Shown here piece by piece: positions 38,376-45,569 of a DNA stretch of 45,569 nucleotides. The position numbers and the translations under genes are program-made. Positions within the stretch are counted from its first letter, which is position 1, and the number at the start of each line of letters is the position of its first letter. A model generated the notes under the pieces. That model saw only the letters and a program-made list of their open reading frames with translations. It ran no database searches and had not been told where the DNA came from. The stretch is from assembly GCA_016930515.1 (NCBI GenBank), contig JAFGGO010000087.1, forward strand, positions 1-45,569. The letters are read 5' to 3'. The stretch comes from Promethearchaeota archaeon (GTDB lineage: Archaea > Asgardarchaeota > Lokiarchaeia > Sigyniarchaeales > SOKP01).

Positions 38376-39176
38376 TCAGTTTGTGATAATAAACTTAAAT
38401 TTTTCACCCTCTATGATCCAAGCGTTTAGAAATTTATTATTCGATCCTTGATTCCAGGTTTGTTCAACAGATAACAACTCATCTTTTAATTCAGTTAAAA
38501 GGTTCACCCCGGCCTCATACTGCTCGTGCGACGGAAATATTTTTATAATTCTTTTTTTTTTTGATATTTGAATTAATTTATCCAAGCTATTCAGGAATAT
38601 ATGAATATTTTTTTTATGTGGAATGTAAACAGAACCATAGTGTGCTGCGTCCCCCGTAAAAAGATCACCGTTGGACGAAATTAACGCAACAGAACCATTT
38701 GAATGTCCTGGAACATGAAATACTTCTAATTCAATCCCTCCTAAATCAAATTTTTTGCCCTCAACTATTGATAAAATCGACTTGGTGGGAGCAATTTTGA
38801 AATTAAAGTTTGCATATCTTTTAGCAAGACTTGTTGGGGATGATTTTAACTCTGAAATGTCTATACTACTTTGAATGTTTCTTGTTTCCTGTTCGTGAAT
38901 GAATATCTCAGAAAATTCGTGATTTGAGCCAACATGATCCCAATCAGAATGAGTGTTGAGCACGAAAAGAGTTCTATCGCCAATGATTTTTTCAATTGTT
39001 CTCTTTATTGAAAATACACCACTACCCGTATCAATTAGTAAAGCAGAATGAGTTCCCAAAACTAAATACATGTTTGTATATTCTGTAAGGAAGCGTGGGT
39101 CAATATCCCATAATCTCTCTCTTATGACATATAGATCGTCGTATATTTTTATTGTTTGAAAGTATTTATCGTTCAT
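38376..39176 (-). CDS. MBL-fold metallo-hydrolase
   Basis: LIDTG, THSDWDHVG, PGHS.GS, FTGD, PSH. Confidence 0.9.
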   Translation of the reverse strand: MNDKYFQTIKIYDDLYVIRERLWDIDPRFLTEYTNMYLVLGTHSALLIDTGSGVFSIKRTIEKIIGDRTLFVLNTHSDWDHVGSNHEFSEIFIHEQETRNIQSSIDISELKSSPTSLAKRYANFNFKIAPTKSILSIVEGKKFDLGGIELEVFHVPGHSNGSVALISSNGDLFTGDAAHYGSVYIPHKKNIHIFLNSLDKLIQISKKKRIIKIFPSHEQYEAGVNLLTELKDELLSVEQTWNQGSNNKFLNAWIIEGEKFKFIITN

Positions 39177-39403
39177 GGTTTTATATTATTAGGTGATCAT
39201 ATTATATTTTAACAATTAAAAAATATTCAACAAATTTAAATGGAGCAAATATTGAATCTGTGAAGTCAATATTTCAGCTGTTAATTTCATTCTTTCGTAA
39301 TCTTTATATCTATAATCATAAAAATTTACTTTCCAGGCGTTAAGACTTTTTATATATCTGATGAAAAAATCACTATAAAGGTTGAAAATTATTCTAGCAA
39401 AAT

Positions 39404-40018
39404 TTAAAGAACTCTTTGGCCCATATAATGAAGATTAATTTTAGAATCCTTATATTCTAGACACGTAACTGAGCCATGAGGGATTTTAATATTCCAATAT
39501 AAAGATAATGAAATTTTTAAAGAGTTAATGAGTGTTGCGCGGATAGGTCCACCATGAGTAATTAAAAAAATTGTATTATAATCAGTATTTAAAATGAGTT
39601 CCATGACATTTTTTAAACGAGTAGTTAATTCTTTGACATTCTCTCCATTAACTGGGGAAAATTTATCCGGAGAATTCATCCATTTTAAGTATTCCTCGTT
39701 ATATTTTGATTTAATTTCGCTAAATATTAAATTTTCCCAATCTCCAAAATCTATTTCTCTCAAATCATCCAATTCATTTGTTTTAAGATTAAAAAAATCT
39801 GATATAATTTTAGCAGATTATTTTGCCCGAATAAGAGGGCTTGTATATATTGAATCTGGATTGTAGTTTTTTAAAAACAAAATTAGTTTTTTTATTTGTT
39901 GAAAACCATTTGTATTTAAGGGTTCGTCTGTTCTACTACCACACAATCTATTTTCTAATGATGAATTAGTTTGACCATGTCTTATCAAATAAATATTTTT
40001 CATATTAGTCTTCACCAT
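39404..40018 (-). pseudogene. Histidine phosphatase family (CobC/PGM-like) interrupted by in-frame TAA (39818-39820)
   Basis: LIRHGQT, SPLIRAK*SAKII...LREIDFGDWE, GEN, THGG all in one frame. Confidence 0.85.
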
Positions 40019-40269
40019 TATTCCTTTTAGATATCATAAAAACAGTTATTATGAATTGGAAATATCTCATAAACTTTGTTCTATTGTCTTGGTGGTTTGG
40101 TAATAAACATCACTTACGATTCCAAATTATTAGTTGATTCTCACCTATTATAATCATTATCAATTAAACAATGTTTTTTAGAAGATTTAAATAAATCTAT
40201 TTTTATGATATAAATGTCAAAAAAAATTCTATAATTACGTCAAATAATTATATCTATTGGCGCAAACGA

Positions 40270-41442
40270 ATGGCTCCTCCTCAATATCTCTCGAAAAAGA
40301 AAAAGACAGAACGATTGAGTTTTACGATAACACCCCATCTCAAAAAAGAATTGAGCGATTTTTTCGAAGAGCAGAAGGAGAAAAACCAAGAAAATCCTGA
40401 ATATAAGAGTATATCATCGTTTTGCTATCATGCCATAAAGGACATCTTAGATATTAAGAAAAAAGGCCTTAGCTTGGATTCAATCCGATCGTCTCCCGAC
40501 GCCGAGACTGAAAACTTTTACGATCGAATCACCTTCCGGGCGCTCATTGATAATTTCGAACTTGGCATCATGGCGAACAAATACAACGACGAAAACATAA
40601 AAATCCCAAACTTTCTCTATTTATTCAAGCGATTTATCTTAGCAACAACAGATCCTGGAGATTCTCAAGGCATTCAAAATGTCATTCAAAAAGTGAGGAA
40701 TTTTTTGGTTTCAAACAAATTAACAAAAGACTTGCGAATAGATCTTTTTCATAAAGTACAAAATAAGTATAACGAAGGTGTCTTGGAATTCGTTGGGAAC
40801 TATCTTAATCTCCATTTTGAAAACTGTAAAGCAATGGCTGCTTTACTTGGTATTCTTGGAATAAAAGTGGAGGACTTCACATTTTCTGAGAAAGATATTT
40901 ACGCAAGATTCGATGTTGTAGAAACAGAATTGTTTTACAAGAAAGAGAGTTTAAAAAAACAAAGAAGTGTTTTGTTAGAAGAAAATCTCAAATATATAAT
41001 TAATTACCAGAAAATAATCAATGATGATCCGATGTATTTTTGGATGAAAATATCAAGTAGTAACGATGTCTTCTTAGATTTCATGACTCCAATGGCTTTT
41101 GAAAAGGTTTTTCAAAAAATAATTCAACAATTTGAAGAATTTGGAGAGAAAGACACTTTTTTATTAAATATCCTAATGTTTTTTCAAAATATCCATTGGA
41201 TAATGATAGAAGATAAAGAACACCTTTCTTTTAGATTTAAATTACTTTCTGAACAATCACCTATATTATCTGAGTTAAGAAAACAACTCAGAGAAAAATA
41301 TAACAAGGATTCTGAATTGAACGAATTAATGAATTTATTAATCGAAGAAAAATCCCAAAAACACGTTCTCTTTTTTAATTCTATAAAACAATACGCAAAT
41401 ATCAAGAGAGAAAACGATATTTACTATTTAGAAAAAAAGTAA
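40270..41442 (+). CDS. Hypothetical protein with N-terminal ribbon-helix-helix-like region
   Basis: RLSFTITPHLKKEL...SISSFCYHAIKDIL beta-alpha-alpha pattern; remainder unassigned. Confidence 0.55.
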   Translation: MAPPQYLSKKKKTERLSFTITPHLKKELSDFFEEQKEKNQENPEYKSISSFCYHAIKDILDIKKKGLSLDSIRSSPDAETENFYDRITFRALIDNFELGIMANKYNDENIKIPNFLYLFKRFILATTDPGDSQGIQNVIQKVRNFLVSNKLTKDLRIDLFHKVQNKYNEGVLEFVGNYLNLHFENCKAMAALLGILGIKVEDFTFSEKDIYARFDVVETELFYKKESLKKQRSVLLEENLKYIINYQKIINDDPMYFWMKISSSNDVFLDFMTPMAFEKVFQKIIQQFEEFGEKDTFLLNILMFFQNIHWIMIEDKEHLSFRFKLLSEQSPILSELRKQLREKYNKDSELNELMNLLIEEKSQKHVLFFNSIKQYANIKRENDIYYLEKK

Positions 41443-42981
41443 TTAATATTTCTGGATTTTCGATTTGATCTGTATTAATTTGGATTGATATTGTTCCGAT
41501 AAGCTCGAGGGCATTCTAATACTGAAAGATTCGAAGTTTTGCTGGCTTAAATTAATGAGAGTCCAAATTGCATTCTTTATTTTTTTTGAGTTTGAAATAG
41601 CGTGAAGGGTTACGAGTTTATCGGCGATATTTGAATAATAGTCGATTAGTTTTAACTCGCTTTCGTAATATGCCTCAAATGTATATGGGAGAATATCAAA
41701 ACCAAACCCAAGGTTTGGGTGGTTAAAGGGTAAATAACCTTCCATATACAAAAAATCGTGTGGGACTTGGTCTAAAAATAATCTTTTTTGAGCCTCTAAC
41801 TCTTTAAAAATTTGTGTTCGAGGTATGGGTTTAAAGGTGTTGAAAGAGACGATGTCCGAATTCATTTTACAGTTGTTTTTTATATCCACATGTATGTTTT
41901 CTTTTGTATGTATTGGTAAACCAATTATGCAAGTGTGAAATCCTATTATCCCGTTCTCATTCAATCGATTGATTACTTCTTGTGAAATGTTTTTATTTTT
42001 CATATAACCACCATATAGAGTACTTTCAATTCCATAATTTATTCCAAAAAGCTTAATAGTAGAGAATTTTTGGATTCTTTCCAGATCAAACTTATTAATA
42101 TGCTCGAGTGATGCCAATACCGTAATAAATACTTGCTTATCGTAATTATTCCGGTTTTCTATAAAGTAATCAAAGACCTTTTTCCAAGTTTTTTCAGGAT
42201 AGAATCCATTGGGATCGCATAAATATACGAAAATCTCTTTTTGGCGAGTATTTATTAAATTTTCAAAAAAGCTTATAATTTTTAACGCGTCAGAGAATGG
42301 AAAATAATCGTAAAAATTAGGAGTAATGCAAAAATCGCATTTATAGGGGCATCCAAGCTGGGTTACCATATAGGCGGTTTTGATCGATACGGGTAAATTC
42401 GTATTATTACCGTAAATAATGGGAATTTTAAAATCTCGTCTAGTTAACGGCGATAATCCAAATTTGCTCCGAAGAAAGTTTACTCCTTCTCCTATGCATA
42501 AATCGGTAGGCGGAACTATCTTTTGTAATTGAGAATAAACCGCTCCTATTCCTCCAACATAAAGAATGATGTGCGAATACTCTTTCTGAAGAGTTCCTAT
42601 GAGTTCAATCGTGTTCTTCATTCCAATTGCATATGTACTGAGTGCAATATGGGTTACATCATCATGTTTAGCTATTAAATTGTGTAAGCTTTCTTTCGTG
42701 CAAGTTTGATTGATTACAACGCTCTCTATTTCAGGAATATTTACCGCAATGAAATTTCCCTCGATATTAAGATTAATATCGGTAATCGCTGGGATCGAAT
42801 TCTTGTTTAGTGGATTTAATTTTTCTCCATAGAGTTCAAATGCTCGTTCGATCGAGCCTTTATTTATCAACGGGTTATCGTCATAGACGGGATTATTTAA
42901 AACATCCAAGGCCACTTGTTCCGTCGTGTATATATTTGTCAGGCTTTTAATAAATAAGATTTTTTTCATTATTCTCTTCAT
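41443..42981 (-). CDS. Radical SAM protein, probably with N-terminal B12-binding-like domain
   Basis: GCPYKCDFC; HIALSTY, LYVGGIG, IGEG; YGIES; IIGLP; PIPRT. Confidence 0.85.
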   Translation of the reverse strand: MKRIMKKILFIKSLTNIYTTEQVALDVLNNPVYDDNPLINKGSIERAFELYGEKLNPLNKNSIPAITDINLNIEGNFIAVNIPEIESVVINQTCTKESLHNLIAKHDDVTHIALSTYAIGMKNTIELIGTLQKEYSHIILYVGGIGAVYSQLQKIVPPTDLCIGEGVNFLRSKFGLSPLTRRDFKIPIIYGNNTNLPVSIKTAYMVTQLGCPYKCDFCITPNFYDYFPFSDALKIISFFENLINTRQKEIFVYLCDPNGFYPEKTWKKVFDYFIENRNNYDKQVFITVLASLEHINKFDLERIQKFSTIKLFGINYGIESTLYGGYMKNKNISQEVINRLNENGIIGFHTCIIGLPIHTKENIHVDIKNNCKMNSDIVSFNTFKPIPRTQIFKELEAQKRLFLDQVPHDFLYMEGYLPFNHPNLGFGFDILPYTFEAYYESELKLIDYYSNIADKLVTLHAISNSKKIKNAIWTLINLSQQNFESFSIRMPSSLSEQYQSKLIQIKSKIQKY

Positions 42982-44531
42982 GTTTTATAATTTGTTTTTG
43001 TTGAAAATCTATCTATTTTTTTTTCGTTTTTGTTCATTCTTCTCGAATATATTTCGATCAAATCGTTAGGCATTCTTTCTTTAAAACTTTTAAAATTAAT
43101 CCTACTTAAACCAAGAAATATTGAAGCTAACCTCTTGAGTTTTCTTGAACTCGTGTGTTCTAATAAATTCAATAACTTTTCGCTAATTCTTCCCCAAAAA
43201 TCTATTTCTTTCTTCTCAGACTCACAATATGCTCTAAATACATGTGAAAGAATATCAAAACCATATCCTAAATGAGGGTGTCGAAAAGGCATGAATTCAA
43301 AAGCAAATAAAAATTCGGGGGGTAATTCTCTTCCGAATAATCTTCCCTGTGTCTTTAATTGATTATAAAGAACTGTATTTGGAATGGGTTTAAACGAATT
43401 GAGAAAAAACCTATCCGAATCATATTCCAAATTGCTTGCTATTTCTTTATTAACCAATTCTGGCGTGTGGAATGGTAATCCGATCATGAAAGTATGGTAT
43501 GTAATTATGTTCAGCTCATTTAATAATCTAATAACCTCTCTTGGATTCCCTTCATTTTTTCCATATGGTTTTATTGTTGATTCAATACCATAATTAATAA
43601 AAAACAATTTCAAAGGTGATTGCTGGATTTTTTTCAAATCGAACTTGCTTAAATGATGTAAGGATGCTAAGCTCCAAATAAAAATATTTCTCTCATATTT
43701 TTTTTCGTTTTGGATGAAATGATCAAATACTTTTTTCCATACATGTTCTGGATAAAACGCATTAGGATCACATATGTGTAAAAATATATCCCTCGTGCTA
43801 TTGTTGTAAGCTTTTTCTATATGGTTAATTATATCTTTATGAGTGGAAAAAGGGATGTATCCTGGAGTATTCGATGAATAACAAAAATCGCAGGCATTTG
43901 GACACCCTAATTGCGTGATTAAATAGGATGCCTTTAATGGGATAGGAAACTGACTCATGTTACTAGTTATTTCGGGAATGATGAGTTCTGTTCTTGAAAG
44001 TAGTCTTAAACCAAATTTCGCTCGAAGCCAATTTACTCCTTCTTGCTGGCATAAATTTTGTTTAGGTACGAGTTCAGAAAGATGAGGATAAAAAGCACCG
44101 ATACCACCAACAAATAATTCAATGTGAGGATATTCCTTTTGTACGGTTGTTATCATTTCAATGGTTTTATCCATACCCATTGCGTAGGTTGTAAGACCAA
44201 TATGAGTAATATCTTCAAATTTATCGAGATATTCCATGAGTAATTTTATATTAGCCGTTTTATTACTTACAATCGAAACGATTTCAGGAATATTTTGTGC
44301 GATGAAATTTCCTTCGATATTGAGGTTATAATCGTTTGCACTAGGGATGAAATTTCTATTATTCGGATTTAATTTATCGCCATACAGTTCAAATGCGATG
44401 TCAATCATTTTTTTATTAATTAAATTGTTATTGTCGTATTTGGGATTGTCTCTGACTTGTAATGCGAAGTCTTCCGTGGATAATAGAACTTCCGGCATGC
44501 TTTTCATAAATAATATCGTTGGTTTGGACAT
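42978..44531 (-). CDS. Radical SAM protein, paralog of the downstream gene
   Basis: GCPNACDFC; HIGLTTY, LFVGGIG; YGIES; MIGLP; PIPNT; ATGA overlap with the next gene. Confidence 0.85.
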   Translation of the reverse strand: MSKPTILFMKSMPEVLLSTEDFALQVRDNPKYDNNNLINKKMIDIAFELYGDKLNPNNRNFIPSANDYNLNIEGNFIAQNIPEIVSIVSNKTANIKLLMEYLDKFEDITHIGLTTYAMGMDKTIEMITTVQKEYPHIELFVGGIGAFYPHLSELVPKQNLCQQEGVNWLRAKFGLRLLSRTELIIPEITSNMSQFPIPLKASYLITQLGCPNACDFCYSSNTPGYIPFSTHKDIINHIEKAYNNSTRDIFLHICDPNAFYPEHVWKKVFDHFIQNEKKYERNIFIWSLASLHHLSKFDLKKIQQSPLKLFFINYGIESTIKPYGKNEGNPREVIRLLNELNIITYHTFMIGLPFHTPELVNKEIASNLEYDSDRFFLNSFKPIPNTVLYNQLKTQGRLFGRELPPEFLFAFEFMPFRHPHLGYGFDILSHVFRAYCESEKKEIDFWGRISEKLLNLLEHTSSRKLKRLASIFLGLSRINFKSFKERMPNDLIEIYSRRMNKNEKKIDRFSTKTNYKT

Positions 44532-44571
44532 CTTTAATTAATCAACTTGTAATTTTTAAATATAATTCAAC

Positions 44572-45552
44572 TTACTTGCCTTTGGAAATTCCAAATAAAA
44601 TTCCATCGTTCTTTCCGTAATATGGTAAATATCCAAGATATTTGATATCAAATCGAATCATTAAATCCTGTAGGTCCACATCGTTAATATTAACGATGAG
44701 AGAAATCGATTTAACTTCAGGAGATTTATTGAAAAAAGATAAAATCTCTTTTAAAATGGAATACTTTATCTTATATGACAATATTCCATTGAAATTAAAA
44801 TTATACCAAGAATTCTGTTGCTTGTTTTCCAAGAATTCAGCAACAACAATATTATCAACTATCAAGAAATATTTTGTTGGATTTTTGTTTGAGTTTTTTT
44901 CAATTTTAATATTTTTTACCAGTATATTGGAATTGTAAGGATAGTTGAATGTTCTTCGTATTACTATTCTTTTTAATCCTAATTTTTCAAGACTTGCTTT
45001 AATCTCATCAATAAAAAAAAGATGAGGCGTGATAAGAATCAATTTATTGTCAAAAACAACCTTACTGAAGATTAAGATCTTGGTTTCGTTGTTGTAAAAT
45101 GGTATGGTACCAACCTCAATGAATTTAAATTTTCTAAGAATTTCAATTATTGAGGAATTATGTGAATCTATGAAAGCGAAAATTGAATGGAAATCAGTAT
45201 CCTTATAATTTTTTATTTCATCAATCATTGAGATGCTTAAAAGAGTCATTATACCAAATTTTCTAAATTCTTGTTTTAACATTGTTAATTTCAAGATAAC
45301 CATCTGATTTTCTATAACTGCTAGCATTTGGCCAATAAGATTTCCTTTAAAGAAAGCACCTTTCCAAGCACCTCCCATATTACGAATCTTTTTAATATAA
45401 CATTTAATCACATTTATATCGTAAAATTGGTCTTCAAAATAATTTAGATCGTAAATTTCATATATAAGTTTAATCACAGCATCAGCATTTTTGAATGAGA
45501 TTGTTTTTATTTTTAGATGATTCTTAATCTCGTGTCTTAAGATGGAATTAAT
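44572..45552 (-). CDS. GNAT-like acetyltransferase (possibly tandem GNAT folds); probable ATT start at 45552
   Basis: EFRKFGIMTLL acetyl-CoA loop, KFKFIEVGTIP and C-terminal YLGYLPY; frame open upstream of GTG 45477 to ATT 45552, behind GGTGA. Confidence 0.6.
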   Translation of the reverse strand: MNSILRHEIKNHLKIKTISFKNADAVIKLIYEIYDLNYFEDQFYDINVIKCYIKKIRNMGGAWKGAFFKGNLIGQMLAVIENQMVILKLTMLKQEFRKFGIMTLLSISMIDEIKNYKDTDFHSIFAFIDSHNSSIIEILRKFKFIEVGTIPFYNNETKILIFSKVVFDNKLILITPHLFFIDEIKASLEKLGLKRIVIRRTFNYPYNSNILVKNIKIEKNSNKNPTKYFLIVDNIVVAEFLENKQQNSWYNFNFNGILSYKIKYSILKEILSFFNKSPEVKSISLIVNINDVDLQDLMIRFDIKYLGYLPYYGKNDGILFGISKGK

Positions 45553-45569
45553 TTATCTTCACCAAATGG

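Noticed and set aside
1-45569. CRISPR array, IS transposase, genome-wide stop-codon reassignment
   Set aside because: No regularly spaced repeats or transposase motifs; TAA, TAG and TGA all terminate conserved genes at expected positions.

Overview
AT-rich archaeal chromosomal segment. Gene content and protein styles (Rab-like GTPase, Roadblock protein, 'FWGHCSNLQ' LRR protein, split RpoA'/RpoA'', archaeal histone) point to an Asgard archaeon, most likely Lokiarchaeia; this is an inference. The core consists of fragmented housekeeping operons: pus10-rpl21e-rpoF-DUF655-ksgA-hemK; rpoA' ... rpoA''-rpl30e-nusA-rps12-rps7; pyrB; rpl44e-rps27e. The best candidate for an undescribed system is a ~5.5 kb immune-like island (18.8-24.6 kb). 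It holds a soluble 20xLRR-TIR protein converging on a SIR2-TPR protein (two repeat-sensor plus NAD+-consuming-effector fusions), a truncated SIR2 paralog and a frameshifted GNAT toxin-antitoxin pair. It is bracketed by a tRNA-shaped RNA with an aberrant anticodon arm and a ~390-nt GC-rich structured non-coding element. Other notable items: a wHTH/ATP-cone/catalytically dead NrdD fusion, an RpoA' with an extra C-terminal tail and mini-domain, a tandem B12-type radical SAM pair with a GNAT, probable ATT start codons in three genes, and several genes broken by single nonsense transitions. All calls come from manual motif reading; no database searches were run.
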